This document shows, in pieces, positions 8,518 through 18,309 of a stretch of DNA of 64,000 nucleotides. The stretch is taken from positions 1,746,760 to 1,810,759 of the forward strand of contig CBDCEF010000004.1 in the NCBI GenBank assembly GCA_965215735.1. Reading direction: 5' to 3'. The notes under the pieces are model-generated. The model saw only the letters and a program-made list of their open reading frames with translations, did not search any database and was not told the DNA's origin. A program made the position numbers and the translations under genes. The stretch is from Dehalococcoidia bacterium. GTDB lineage: Bacteria; Chloroflexota; Dehalococcoidia; Lucifugimonadales; UBA1123. The stretch's first letter is position 1. Each line of letters opens with the position of its first letter.

Positions 8518-9951
8518 CTACGAAACCTGCGGCCGAAGATGCGCCCACGGACGCGCCTGCTCGAAGGCGGCGGAGGCTGCCAGCACAGTCTCTTCATCTC
8601 CGGGTTTGCCTATGATGTGCAGCCCAATTGGCATTCCGTCTGAGTCGAAGCCGCAGGGCACGCTCGCTGCTGTGAACCCGATGGTGTTGATCGGGTGCGT
8701 GTACGGCAGGAAGCCCCACGCTGGAATCGGGTACGGCTCCTGCCCTCCGACCGTTTCCGGATAACGCTCGGTAGAGAACGCCGTCGTGGCCATCGTCGGA
8801 GACAGCAGTAGGTCGAACTTGTCGAACTGGTCCATGAACTGCTGAATCATCCGGTCCCTCTCGCCTAGGGCCCGGATGTAGTCCGCCGCCGTCACCTTCG
8901 CTCCCAGTTCGATAGCCCAACGTCCGTACCAGCTGAGCGGATCGTCGGGATCATCTAGCAGGTGCCCGTTGGTCGCGTATGCGTTCCCTGCGAAGAAGAC
9001 AATCCATGTATCAAAAGGGTTGTCTAGGCTCAGGTCAGAGTCCTCCACACTACATCCTAGCTCCCTGAACAGTGCAGCGCCCGCCTCGGATACCGCATTG
9101 ACCTCAGGGTCTGCTGGAGCATATCCGAAGTCAGGGGACCACCCGATGCGCAGACCTTCGACGCCCCGATCTAGCGCGGACACAAAGTCGGGGACAGGCT
9201 GCCTCAGAGAGCTTGGGTCCCGCGAGTCGTAGCCCGCCATCACTTGCAGCAGCATCGCCGTATCCGCGACCGTGCGCGTCATAGGCCCCTGTTGGCTGGT
9301 GATGTTAGCTGCCCGAGGTGCATCGACGCCCGAGTAGCTCGAGATCCGCCCCTGTGTGGGCTTGATTCCGTAGATGCCATTGAAGCTGGCCGGAATGCGG
9401 ATCGACCCTCCGCCGTCGCCGCCGGTGGCTAGAGCGCAGAGCCCGGCGGCCGTAGCCGCGCCCGCTCCGCCGCTCGAACCTCCTGAAGTCCGCTCCGGGT
9501 TCCAGGGATTACGGCAGGGATCGCCCAGACGGTTCTCGTTAGCGCCGAGCAGACCGAACTCAGGAGTGTTGGTCTTGCCCAGCATGACGGCGCCCGCGTT
9601 CAGGATGCTCTCCACACACGCAGCATCCGCCTCCGGGACCCTGTCGGCGAACGCAAGCGACCCACCCGTCGAGCGGACACCCTTGGTCATCTGCAGGTCT
9701 TTCAGCGAGATTGGCAGACCATGAAGTGGTCCCAGACTCTCACCCCTGGCAGTAGCTTCGTCGGCGCGCTGCGCCTGTGCCAGCGCGATCTCAGGAGTGA
9801 GTGTCAGGTAGGAGTTGAGCTGTCCGTCAAGCCTCTCGATCCTGGACAGGTACAGCTCCGTCAGTTCGACAGACGTGATCTGCCTGATTGAGATGAGATC
9901 GCGTAGGTCCGTGGCTGGTGCGAATGCGAGGTCTTGATCTGTGTTGGTCAT
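8518..9951 (-). CDS. Amidase (amidase-signature family, GatA-like)
   Basis: 477 aa with the AS signature 'GGSSGGAGAATAAGLCALATGGDGGGSIRIPASFNGIYGIKPT'. Confidence 0.9.
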   Translation of the reverse strand: MTNTDQDLAFAPATDLRDLISIRQITSVELTELYLSRIERLDGQLNSYLTLTPEIALAQAQRADEATARGESLGPLHGLPISLKDLQMTKGVRSTGGSLAFADRVPEADAACVESILNAGAVMLGKTNTPEFGLLGANENRLGDPCRNPWNPERTSGGSSGGAGAATAAGLCALATGGDGGGSIRIPASFNGIYGIKPTQGRISSYSGVDAPRAANITSQQGPMTRTVADTAMLLQVMAGYDSRDPSSLRQPVPDFVSALDRGVEGLRIGWSPDFGYAPADPEVNAVSEAGAALFRELGCSVEDSDLSLDNPFDTWIVFFAGNAYATNGHLLDDPDDPLSWYGRWAIELGAKVTAADYIRALGERDRMIQQFMDQFDKFDLLLSPTMATTAFSTERYPETVGGQEPYPIPAWGFLPYTHPINTIGFTAASVPCGFDSDGMPIGLHIIGKPGDEETVLAASAAFEQARPWAHLRPQVS

Positions 9952-10042
9952 CTTAGACTCCTAACTTCTATAGCCCTTCTCAATTGATGGCTGACATGGG
10001 TACGCAAAAGTGTGCCGGCAAGCTTGAATGTCAACCGACAGA

Positions 10043-10080
10043 CCCCCTCTCCCTCAGGGAGAGGGCTGGGGTGAGGGTGA
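10043..10080. repeat. REP-like palindromic element, family A
   Basis: The sequence is ccccctctccctcagggagagggctggggtgagggtga, located in the intergenic region between the amidase and VOC genes. It is nearly identical to the 32603 copy. Confidence 0.65.
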
Positions 10081-10162
10081 ATGCACTTTGTCCTCCTACC
10101 CGTAAAGCTTCGTCTGGACCTCCACCATGCGATCGTCCCGTATCTCCGTATGGGCGCGTTTA

Positions 10163-10528
10163 CTAGGACGAATGCAATCCAATGACGTTGTCGTCTGGGT
10201 CCATAAACACCGCGATGTGGCCCATGTCGTTCGGAATGGGCATCGGCGGGACAACTGTCTTGCCTCCCAGGCTCTCGACCTTTTCCAGAGTCGCCTTCAG
10301 GTCGTCTACACCTACGTAAAACATGACGTAATTGGGCGGCATATCTCCGCTGGTCTGCATGATTCCGCCCGCAATCCCACCTTCTTCGGGCTCAACGTGG
10401 AAGAAGTCGGTTCCCGCCGCCGACTGGCCGAAAGGTTCGACATTCCAACCGAACAGGTTCCTGTAAAACTCCCGCAACTCGGACGCGTGTCTCCCACCGA
10501 GCTCAAAATATGCAACCGGATTTGGCAT
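10163..10528 (-). CDS. VOC (glyoxalase/bleomycin-resistance fold) family protein
   Basis: 121 aa. 'YFELGG...FYRNLFGW' at the N-terminus and 'GHIAVFMDPDDNVIGLH' at the C-terminus are typical of small VOC proteins. Confidence 0.75.
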   Translation of the reverse strand: MPNPVAYFELGGRHASELREFYRNLFGWNVEPFGQSAAGTDFFHVEPEEGGIAGGIMQTSGDMPPNYVMFYVGVDDLKATLEKVESLGGKTVVPPMPIPNDMGHIAVFMDPDDNVIGLHSS

Positions 10529-10741
10529 TAAGTTCTCCTGGTGACGCGGATGCGTTATGTTGACTATCTGTGTGGCCAGGTTTATCGACGCCCGTGGCTG
10601 TCAAAGTCAGCTTGTTGACAGTCACAAGGGCCACTCCGTCCACTCGCTCATTATGACACCCATACCGGTGGGCGGCAATGAATCGCAATGCGTTGTGGTA
10701 TCATCCGAGCCGGAATACGAATCCTTGGAAAGGACTCAACC

Positions 10742-11956
10742 ATGAAGATTACCAACATCGAGACCTTTATCGTTGACGCCGGCTGGAGACCCTGGATGTT
10801 CGTCAAAGTCGAGACCGACGAGGGCATCACCGGCTGGGGAGAGTGCAGCGACGGCCGATCTCCCCACGGTATCGAGGGCACCATCCGCGATATGAAGCCG
10901 CTTCTCATCGGCAAGGATCCCAGGGCCTTTGAGATGCGTTTTCAGGACATGTACCGCATCACACGCCAGAGTCCGGGAGGCATAGCGGCGAAGGCAATCG
11001 CCGGTCTTGACTGCGCCTTCATAGACATCAAGGCGAAGGCGCTGGGCATCTCCGTCGTCGAGCTTTTCGGAGGTCCAACCAGGGAACAGGTGCGAGTCTA
11101 CTGGTCCCACTGTGGCAGCTCACGGATAAGACACCACGACATACTTAAAACTCCTCCAATCGACTCGTGGGAGGCCGTAACCAACCTGGGCCACGAAGTG
11201 AAAGAGCGCGGATTCACCGCCCTGAAGACGAACATTCTTATGCCCGGACAGGACGCCACGTTCGGTGGAGGCTTCAGTGGCGGTATAGGCTCGACCGACC
11301 AGTACGCCCCCAAGTGGTTGGTGCCACACGTCGAGAAGCTGATCGGCACGTTCCGAGACGCCGTCGGCGACGACATCGACATCAACCTCGACCTGAACTT
11401 CCACTTCAAGACGGAGGGCGCACTGCGCATCGCCAAGGTACTTGAGCAGTTCGACATGCTCTGGCTCGAGATAGACATGTACGAGCCCAAGAGCCTGCGC
11501 CAGATTAAGGACTCGACCACCACCCGTATCTGCACGGGCGAGAACTTGTTCTACATGCGCGACTTCATTCCGTACTTCGAGAATCACTCTGCGGACATGT
11601 TCATGATCGACGTTCCATGGAACGGCTTCAGCCAGTCCAAGAAGATTGGCGACCTCGCCGAGGTGTATCAGCACAACGTTGCGCCTCACAACTACTACAG
11701 CCACCTGTCCAGCTTCGTCAGCGCAAGCTTGTGTGCAACGCTCCCGAACGTCCGCATCATGGAGATCGACATTGACGACGTCCCGTGGAAGGATGAACTG
11801 ATAACCACAGTGCCCGAGATAATCGACGGTTACATGACCGTCCCGACAGGCCCTGGCTGGGGCGCTGATATCAACGAGGAAGTAGCGCTCGCCCATCCAT
11901 GGGACGAGAACACCCTCGCGGGAGTGCAGACGGGCGGCTACAAAGTACCTCGATAG
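10742..11956 (+). CDS. Enolase-superfamily enzyme (mandelate racemase/muconate lactonizing, acid-sugar dehydratase-like)
   Basis: I trimmed the start to the ATG at 10742 ('MKITNIETFIVDAGWRPWMFVKVETDEGITGWGE', the canonical MR/MLE N-terminus). 'LWLEIDM' and 'CTGENL' metal-ligand regions are present. Confidence 0.9.
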   Translation: MKITNIETFIVDAGWRPWMFVKVETDEGITGWGECSDGRSPHGIEGTIRDMKPLLIGKDPRAFEMRFQDMYRITRQSPGGIAAKAIAGLDCAFIDIKAKALGISVVELFGGPTREQVRVYWSHCGSSRIRHHDILKTPPIDSWEAVTNLGHEVKERGFTALKTNILMPGQDATFGGGFSGGIGSTDQYAPKWLVPHVEKLIGTFRDAVGDDIDINLDLNFHFKTEGALRIAKVLEQFDMLWLEIDMYEPKSLRQIKDSTTTRICTGENLFYMRDFIPYFENHSADMFMIDVPWNGFSQSKKIGDLAEVYQHNVAPHNYYSHLSSFVSASLCATLPNVRIMEIDIDDVPWKDELITTVPEIIDGYMTVPTGPGWGADINEEVALAHPWDENTLAGVQTGGYKVPR

Positions 11957-12002
11957 CCTTGAGTCAGAATCGCAGTCGCTAACACTCACCTGGAGACGCC
12001 AA

Positions 12003-12899
12003 TTGCCGGACTACGAATACATCAAATACGAAGCCGAGGGCACTACTAGGGTAATTACGCTCAACCGCCCGGAGACCCTCAACGCCATAACCGAGCCGAT
12101 GGAGGCGGACCTGCACGAAGCTCTGGACATTGCCGAGGCCGACCCAGAGGCGCGCGTGATTATTATTCACGGAGAGGGTAGGGCCTTCAGCTCAGGCTAC
12201 GACATCGCCTCGTTCCAGGAGACAGACCCTGAAACCATGATTCCGAAGGGGTCGAGTGCCGCCGACCACGTCTCACGCTGGTTCTATCATGACCGAAACA
12301 TGCTGAAGAACCAGACCCACATCCTGGAATTGTCCAAGCCCGTGATAGCCTGCGTCCACGGCTGGTGCATGGGCGGCGGTACTTGGCTGTCTTTGACGTG
12401 CGATATGACGTTTTGTTCCGAAGATGCCGTCTTCGCCCAGCCGGAGGTGCGCCAGATATCCAACACCAGCTTCCTCTGGGTCCTGTTGGCCGGCTACAAG
12501 AATGCGCTGAGATACTCCCTGACCGGAGACCACATCGATGCCCAGGAAGCGTTCAGAATCGGTCTGGTCAACGAGGTGTTCAAGGACAAGGACGCGATGA
12601 TGGCCGAAGCGTTCCGACTTGCCGAGCGAATCGCGATGGTCAGCCCCGAAACAGTCGCCGCCAATAAATACGTCGCCACGCTCGGGCTTGAGATGATGGG
12701 ACTTCGCAATGCCATCACCAGCAACTGGCTGCTGTCCTCGATCGCCCACTCGTCCCAGCGTCCAGACTACAACCGCCGTGAGATGCTCGATGCCGCCGAA
12801 GAGGGCGGAATGCGCGGCTTTCTCAAAGTCAGGGACGATCCTTACAGACCCGAGCCCTTCGGCCCACGGTCGGAGCCCAGGGACGACCAAAGTCGATAA
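12003..12899 (+). CDS. Enoyl-CoA hydratase/isomerase (crotonase) family protein
   Basis: 298 aa with a TTG start. 'VITLNRPETLNA', 'GEGRAFSSGYD' and 'KPVIACVHGWCMGGG' match the crotonase fold. Confidence 0.85.
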   Translation: MPDYEYIKYEAEGTTRVITLNRPETLNAITEPMEADLHEALDIAEADPEARVIIIHGEGRAFSSGYDIASFQETDPETMIPKGSSAADHVSRWFYHDRNMLKNQTHILELSKPVIACVHGWCMGGGTWLSLTCDMTFCSEDAVFAQPEVRQISNTSFLWVLLAGYKNALRYSLTGDHIDAQEAFRIGLVNEVFKDKDAMMAEAFRLAERIAMVSPETVAANKYVATLGLEMMGLRNAITSNWLLSSIAHSSQRPDYNRREMLDAAEEGGMRGFLKVRDDPYRPEPFGPRSEPRDDQSR

Positions 12900-12911
12900 A
12901 TCGTCAGCTGA

Positions 12912-13754
12912 CTACGTGCCGCTGACGAATCTGCTGACCGCCTCAGCAACCAGCTTAGGCTGGTCCATATACATGTTATGACCACTGTCCGGGACTGTGA
13001 GCATATCAAAGGCCGTCGTCTGCTCCGCGATCGGGGCCACGTCCCGAAAACTTTGCGCTCGCGAGTTGCTCACTACAAACAGTATCGGTTTACCTAGCGT
13101 TCTGAGTGTCGGTCTCAGGTCGAGATAGTCCCCCTCACGTTCCTTCCAGTTCATACTGGCTGTCGCCCACTTCATGTCCAGTCGTCCATCTGGAAGTTCG
13201 TATGACTCGTGTGCCACCACGTCCCTGATGACGTCGTCCCGCCACTTGCCTGTCATTGGGTGCTGCTTGAGATAGTCGTACATCTCTTCCCGGCTGCCCC
13301 AAGTGCGCCTTGGCTTCTTGGCACGCTCCGACACCATCAGTTGGAAGCCTTTCGTCACGACAACCATGGGCTCTAGCAGCACGAGCCTGCTGAAGATGTC
13401 CGGTCTGCGCTCCGCGAGTTTGGCCGCGACCACACCTCCGGTCGAATGCGCGACAGCCACAGCGTCCTGCATCTGAAAAGCGTCTGCGAAGGCCTCAAGG
13501 TCGTCAATTCGCTGCCCGAATGTGTAGCCCGACTCGGGCCAGTCGCTGTTTCCGTGTCCACGCGAGTCAAGCGCAGTCACATGAAACTGCCCACACAGAT
13601 ACCGCGCCACCGCGTCCCATGACCTGCTGGTACGCATATCCCCGTGCAGCAAAAACACGGTTGGGTAGTTTTCATACCCGCATGGTCGGCCCCAGTCGAC
13701 GAGGTGGTGCTTGACGCCGTTGACTGTGACGAAGACACTCCCGAGTTCTGTCAA
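12912..13754 (-). CDS. Alpha/beta hydrolase
   Basis: 280 aa. 'VFLLHG' oxyanion region, nucleophile elbow 'AHSTGG', and a C-terminal 'DSGHNMYMDQP' histidine motif. Confidence 0.85.
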   Translation of the reverse strand: MTELGSVFVTVNGVKHHLVDWGRPCGYENYPTVFLLHGDMRTSRSWDAVARYLCGQFHVTALDSRGHGNSDWPESGYTFGQRIDDLEAFADAFQMQDAVAVAHSTGGVVAAKLAERRPDIFSRLVLLEPMVVVTKGFQLMVSERAKKPRRTWGSREEMYDYLKQHPMTGKWRDDVIRDVVAHESYELPDGRLDMKWATASMNWKEREGDYLDLRPTLRTLGKPILFVVSNSRAQSFRDVAPIAEQTTAFDMLTVPDSGHNMYMDQPKLVAEAVSRFVSGT

Positions 13755-13912
13755 CTATTCAACCCTGGGGCCATCCGCGACATCTGACCTCCCGCGCCGA
13801 ACGAGGAGAGACAGCTTTGACACCCACCTTGACCAGGTGGCCTTGCGATACGCTCAATTCGAGTATTGACTGAACCGACCAGGTAACAGTCTAAATAACA
13901 CCTTCTCTAACA

Positions 13913-14833
13913 TCACACCAGCCCCAACTCTTCCAGTATCGCTGGAATCTCCGCCTTCTCTTCATCAGTCAATGGCCGGAAGGGACGGGAAGTGGTGTCA
14001 TGATCGATGACGCCCATGTGCTTGAGTGCGGACTTCATGCCACCAAAGCTGGCAGCATTGGCGCCTCCACCCTTTGCGACCGCTCCGACCTTCTGCGCCG
14101 TTATCAACTTGGCGTTGCACTCGCGCACGGTCTCGGTATCTCCGGCCTCCCCAGCTTCCCAACCCCGTGCGCAGACATTAGGGACTAGGTTCGCGATGCC
14201 GGGAATGACGCCGTGAACACCGACCGAGCCTGCGCTCGCAACCCGGAAAACCGTGCCCAGGAACCTTAGAAGAGAGATTTCACCCTGGTCGCATAGCACG
14301 TTAAGTTGGGCCAGCAACTCTCCGGCGCCGGAACTGTCCTTCACACCGACTACGGTCCCTTCGGCTGCGAGCGTAGCAATAGTACCTGGTTCTACAACTG
14401 TCTTGACTGTCTGCGGTATGTTATAGACCCACAGTGGCAGTCCAATTTGATCTTGCGCGTATCTATAGTGGTCCGCCAACTCATCCTGCGAGTCCGGGTA
14501 GTAATACGGAGGCGTCAGCGCGATCCCGTCCATTCCAAGCTCGCGAACCTCGCTGGCAAGCTCCACGGACAGCTTGGTAGATGTACTGGATATGTTGCAG
14601 ATCACAGGAACCCGACCGCCGACCTCGTCAACCGTCGCCTCCATTGCGCGGATCCGCTCCGAGTCAGGCAGGTTTGCAAACTCTCCGGTCGTGCCGGATG
14701 CCCATAGCCCATGGACTCCGTTGTCGATCAGATGGTTGACCAATCTGCGCAGCGAACCGATGTCCACCGTCTCATCCGGGTTCAGCGGCGTCACCATCGG
14801 AACAATTACGCCCTTGATCTCTCTGTCTGTCAT
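13913..14833 (-). CDS. Dihydrodipicolinate synthase/N-acetylneuraminate lyase family (class I aldolase)
   Basis: 306 aa. 'GVIVPMVTPL...', 'GLWASGTTGEF' and 'GVKDSSG' (Schiff-base Lys) motifs. A GAGGAG SD precedes the ATG. Confidence 0.85.
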   Translation of the reverse strand: MTDREIKGVIVPMVTPLNPDETVDIGSLRRLVNHLIDNGVHGLWASGTTGEFANLPDSERIRAMEATVDEVGGRVPVICNISSTSTKLSVELASEVRELGMDGIALTPPYYYPDSQDELADHYRYAQDQIGLPLWVYNIPQTVKTVVEPGTIATLAAEGTVVGVKDSSGAGELLAQLNVLCDQGEISLLRFLGTVFRVASAGSVGVHGVIPGIANLVPNVCARGWEAGEAGDTETVRECNAKLITAQKVGAVAKGGGANAASFGGMKSALKHMGVIDHDTTSRPFRPLTDEEKAEIPAILEELGLV

Positions 14834-14900
14834 TCTGTTCTCCTCGAGTCACCCTTGGAACTCCATCAGCTCACGTAGTTATTCTATACAGGGAGTACTC

Positions 14901-15626
14901 CTAGATCTCGTACACCTCGAAGCTGATCGCGTAATCGCACCCGAACTCGATCCCTGTCGCATTAGCGTTCATGGTCAGGAACGTCTCAGGGTCCACGTCC
15001 GTCCCAAGACCCTTGAGATACGCGTCGTGCTTTTCGAGCGACTCGACGCCCTTGTACACATGATCGCCCACATCCACCGCATGAGTTGGATTGGGGGAAC
15101 CGCTGACCAGCAGCATCCTCACGCCGTTCCACGGCTCCAGTCCTTCCTTGAGAAGTTCAGGGAAGATCCACCGGTTGCCTGCGTCTCGGGATGCGTCTAG
15201 CGCCGCCAGCCCGACTGCCCGGTGGTCAGCCTGGTTGGCCAGGCCTTGACCGAAGCGCATTTCCATGTTGCCAGTAATGACCACGTCGGGCCTGTGTCTG
15301 CGGATTGCGTGCGCAATGTCCCGGCGCAGTGGCAGCCCGTACTCGACAACGCCATCCGTGTAGTCCAGGAACTCGACTGTGTCGACTCCTACAACTGCTG
15401 CTCCCTCGATCTCCTCGCGAGTGCGGACCTCTCGGGCCTGCTCCGGGTCCATGCCGTCTATTCCGGCCTCGCCTCGAGTAGCAAGTAGGTAAACTACGTT
15501 CTTGCCCTCTGATGTCCATTTCGAGACTGCTGCTGCGGCACCGTACTCGATGTCGTCAGGATGAGCTACGATGACGAGTCCAGTCTGCCAGTTTTCATCG
15601 AGCGGCTGGAATGAGTCGGACGTCAT
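14901..15626 (-). CDS. PIG-L/LmbE family deacetylase or amidase
   Basis: 241 aa. 'LVIVAHPDDIEYG' (the AHPDDxE zinc motif) and 'HRAVG'. The start overlaps the upstream MoaD-like stop (ATGA). Confidence 0.85.
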   Translation of the reverse strand: MTSDSFQPLDENWQTGLVIVAHPDDIEYGAAAAVSKWTSEGKNVVYLLATRGEAGIDGMDPEQAREVRTREEIEGAAVVGVDTVEFLDYTDGVVEYGLPLRRDIAHAIRRHRPDVVITGNMEMRFGQGLANQADHRAVGLAALDASRDAGNRWIFPELLKEGLEPWNGVRMLLVSGSPNPTHAVDVGDHVYKGVESLEKHDAYLKGLGTDVDPETFLTMNANATGIEFGCDYAISFEVYEI

Positions 15627-15889
15627 GCTCCGCCGCCTAGTGCGGGAAGGAAGTGGACCTCGCTGTTTTCCGCCACCTTCTCGAGCATCCCCAATGGGGT
15701 GATCTCGCCGTCGACGGCGACCGAGATATTCCCCTTGATTCGTCCGTCATCAACGAGGCGCTCTTTGAAACCCGGATACTGCGCTTCCAGGTTGTTGACG
15801 ATCTGGCGTACTGTTGCCCCTTCGATCTCAACCTTGCTCTTGCCGTCACTGAGCTTCTGCATCAGCGAAGGGATGTAGACTGTAGCCAT
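15623..15889 (-). CDS. MoaD/ThiS/CysO-like beta-grasp sulfur-carrier protein with C-terminus ...LGGGA
   Basis: 88 aa. 'IPSLMQKLSDGKSKVEIEGATVRQIVNNLEAQYPGFKERL' resembles the CysO/MoaD layout, and the C-terminal Gly-Gly is followed by one extra Ala. Confidence 0.75.
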   Translation of the reverse strand: MATVYIPSLMQKLSDGKSKVEIEGATVRQIVNNLEAQYPGFKERLVDDGRIKGNISVAVDGEITPLGMLEKVAENSEVHFLPALGGGA

Positions 15890-15937
15890 CCTGTTGTCCC
15901 TCCTATGACCGTTGGAGACCCACGAAAAGTGAGTCTG

Positions 15938-15971
15938 GCAAAAGGGCGGGTCTCAGTTAAGAAACCCGCCC
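15938..15971 (-). terminator. Rho-independent terminator after the Mo-hydroxylase large subunit
   Basis: Read on the minus strand: GGGCGGGT-(12 nt)-ACCCGCCC followed by TTTTG. It lies 47 nt downstream of the stop at 16018. Confidence 0.5.
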
Positions 15972-16017
15972 TCGTGCGCTTGCTTGTGCTTATTTCGGCT
16001 GGCCTACTTCAGTATGC

Positions 16018-18306
16018 CTAGCCTCCGTTGCCCAAAGCTGCGGTGATCGCTACCGGGTTCATTGGCGTCTCGAACAGGCGGGTGCCGATGGCCGCGCGCA
16101 GCGCGTTGGCGACCGCAGGGGTGGGAGGAATGATGTTCGCCTCGCCCACACCACGTACGCCAAACGGATGGCCCGGATTTGCGACCTCCACGATAACCGT
16201 ATCGATCATCGGCAGGTCGAGGCTGGTTGGCATCCGATAGTCGAGCAGCGTCGAGTTGTCCATGCCGCCGTCATCGTTCATGTAGTACTCTTCGTTGAGT
16301 GCCCAGCCGATACCCTGTACCGAGCCGCCCTGCATCTGCCCCTCGACGTAAGACGGGTGTATGGCCTTACCAACGTCTTGGAAAGCGGTGAAACGGACCA
16401 CTTCGGTCTTGCCGGTCTCCGGGTCGACCTCCAAGTCGACGATGTTGCCGGCAAATGAACCGCCAACTCCGGTTGGGTTGACGGACGCCGTGCCGGTGAT
16501 TCCCCCGCCGGTCCTGCCAAGTTGTCCCGCCAGTTCCTTGAACGTCATGCTCAACTCAGGGTCTGACTTTGAACTGATTGCCCCGTCGGTCATCTCAACC
16601 GAGTCCGCGTCGACCTCCCAGATCGTGGCAGCTCGCTCGATCAACTGCTGCTTGACAGACTGTGCTGCCTCGTAGGCCGCCCAGCCGGTGGCGAACGTCG
16701 TCCGGCTCCCGCCTGTTACCGCGGTGTAGCCGATCGAGTCTGTGTCCACGACCGTTGGTCGGATGTCCTCAGCGGCGATTCCCAGAACCTCAGCCGCCTG
16801 CATGGCGATCGAAGCACGGGTTCCACCGATGTCTGTGGAGCCCTCCGTAAGGTTGACCGTTCCGTCGGCGTTTACCGCCAGATTTACTGCGGAGTCGAAC
16901 CCGATGTTGAACCAGAATCCCACTGCGACTCCACGACCCTGGTTTTCACCCAAAGGCGCGTTGTAGTGCGGGTGGTCTCTCATCGCTTCCAGCGTCTCGA
17001 CTAGCCCGACCCTGTTGAACGTCGGACCATCGACACGGCGCGTGCCTTCCTTGGCAGCGTTCTTCAACCGCAGTTCGATCGGGTCCATGCCGAGCTTCTC
17101 GGCCAGCTCGTCCACTGCCTGCTCGACTGCGAATGCGGCGTTGGGAGCGCCGGGGGCGCGGTATGCGGCCGTCTTTGGCTTGTTCACAACCACGTCATAG
17201 CCGTCTACTGTCCCGTTTTCGAGGTCGTAAGCTGCGAGTGCGCACATGGCGCCGGCCCCGACAGGTGAGCCTGGGTAGGCTCCGGCTTCGCAGGCCAGTT
17301 CAACCTCGGCAGCCGTCATCGTGCCGTCGCTCTTGGCGCCTATCTTTACGCGGGCCCAGGATCCGCATGTCGGACCACTGGCCTCGAACACGTCGGCCCT
17401 GCTCATCAGAATCTTGACCGCCTGACCGGTCTTCTTGGATAGCAGAGCGGCAACAGGCTCGAGATATACCGGTATCTTGCCACCGAAGCCGCCCCCGATC
17501 TCCATGGGAATGACCCTGATTTGGGACACCGGCATTTCGAGAAGTTGCGCCATCGCGTCGCGCACCGTGAACGCGCCCTGCGTGCTGCACCAGATGTGCA
17601 GTCTGCCGTCGTTGTTCCACAGCGCGGTCGCATTATGAGGCTCGATGTAGCCCTGGTGGACCGTCTTGTTGCGGTACTCCCGCTCCACGATCACGTCGGC
17701 ATCTTCAAATCCCTTTGCGGTATCGCCCTTCTTGTGCTGGAAGTGCTGGGCGATGTTGCTCACTTTATCGGTCTGCTCGCCGAGCTCCTCAGTCTTGAGG
17801 TCGTCGTGCAGGATCGTCGCACCCTCGGCCATCGCGTCTTCGACGGTGATGACGGGGGGTAGCACTTCGTACTGCACGTCGATGAGCTGTGCTGCTTCTT
17901 CGGCGACGTGAGGGTTGGATGCGGCTACGCCTGCAATGGCGTGACCGCGGTAAAGGGCCTTGTCTGAAGCGAGCACGTTGTCACGCAGCCACTTCAGGCT
18001 GGTCGCGCCCTCTCCGAAATCGACGATTGCGTCTTCTTCACTGCCGAAGTCCGCGTTGGTCACCACGGCTAAAACGCCCGGAAGCGCCTCTGCCGCAGAG
18101 GTGTCGATGCTCTTGATACGCGCATGGGCGTATGGGCTGCGCAGTATACTCCCGTGCAGCAGACCGGCGGTGTCGAAGTCTGCGCCGTAGAGCGCGCGTC
18201 CCGTCACTTTGTCGGCGCCGTCGTGCCTTACCGGACGGGTGCCCACCACATTATAAGTCTGGGTGGCCAGGACCATGTTTGGCTCGTAGTCTATAGTTTG
18301 GGTCAT
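16018..18306 (-). CDS. Molybdopterin-binding large subunit of a xanthine dehydrogenase/aldehyde oxidase-family hydroxylase (CoxL-like)
   Basis: 762 aa with an aldehyde oxidase/XDH a/b-hammerhead and Moco-binding layout. The active-site loop reads 'AAYRAPGAP', not the CODH forms AYxCSFR or AYRGAGR. Confidence 0.9.
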   Translation of the reverse strand: MTQTIDYEPNMVLATQTYNVVGTRPVRHDGADKVTGRALYGADFDTAGLLHGSILRSPYAHARIKSIDTSAAEALPGVLAVVTNADFGSEEDAIVDFGEGATSLKWLRDNVLASDKALYRGHAIAGVAASNPHVAEEAAQLIDVQYEVLPPVITVEDAMAEGATILHDDLKTEELGEQTDKVSNIAQHFQHKKGDTAKGFEDADVIVEREYRNKTVHQGYIEPHNATALWNNDGRLHIWCSTQGAFTVRDAMAQLLEMPVSQIRVIPMEIGGGFGGKIPVYLEPVAALLSKKTGQAVKILMSRADVFEASGPTCGSWARVKIGAKSDGTMTAAEVELACEAGAYPGSPVGAGAMCALAAYDLENGTVDGYDVVVNKPKTAAYRAPGAPNAAFAVEQAVDELAEKLGMDPIELRLKNAAKEGTRRVDGPTFNRVGLVETLEAMRDHPHYNAPLGENQGRGVAVGFWFNIGFDSAVNLAVNADGTVNLTEGSTDIGGTRASIAMQAAEVLGIAAEDIRPTVVDTDSIGYTAVTGGSRTTFATGWAAYEAAQSVKQQLIERAATIWEVDADSVEMTDGAISSKSDPELSMTFKELAGQLGRTGGGITGTASVNPTGVGGSFAGNIVDLEVDPETGKTEVVRFTAFQDVGKAIHPSYVEGQMQGGSVQGIGWALNEEYYMNDDGGMDNSTLLDYRMPTSLDLPMIDTVIVEVANPGHPFGVRGVGEANIIPPTPAVANALRAAIGTRLFETPMNPVAITAALGNGG

Positions 18307-18309
18307 GGG

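Noticed and set aside
11120-11989. A 289-aa ORF antisense to the enolase-superfamily gene. Similar long antisense or off-frame ORFs exist at 12273..12890, 18124..18804, 43105..43698, 50300..51034 and 59213..59974.
   Set aside because: Long shadow ORFs are typical of GC-rich coding DNA. Their composition is Arg/Gly/Val-biased, they have no motifs, and each is fully covered by a strongly supported gene.
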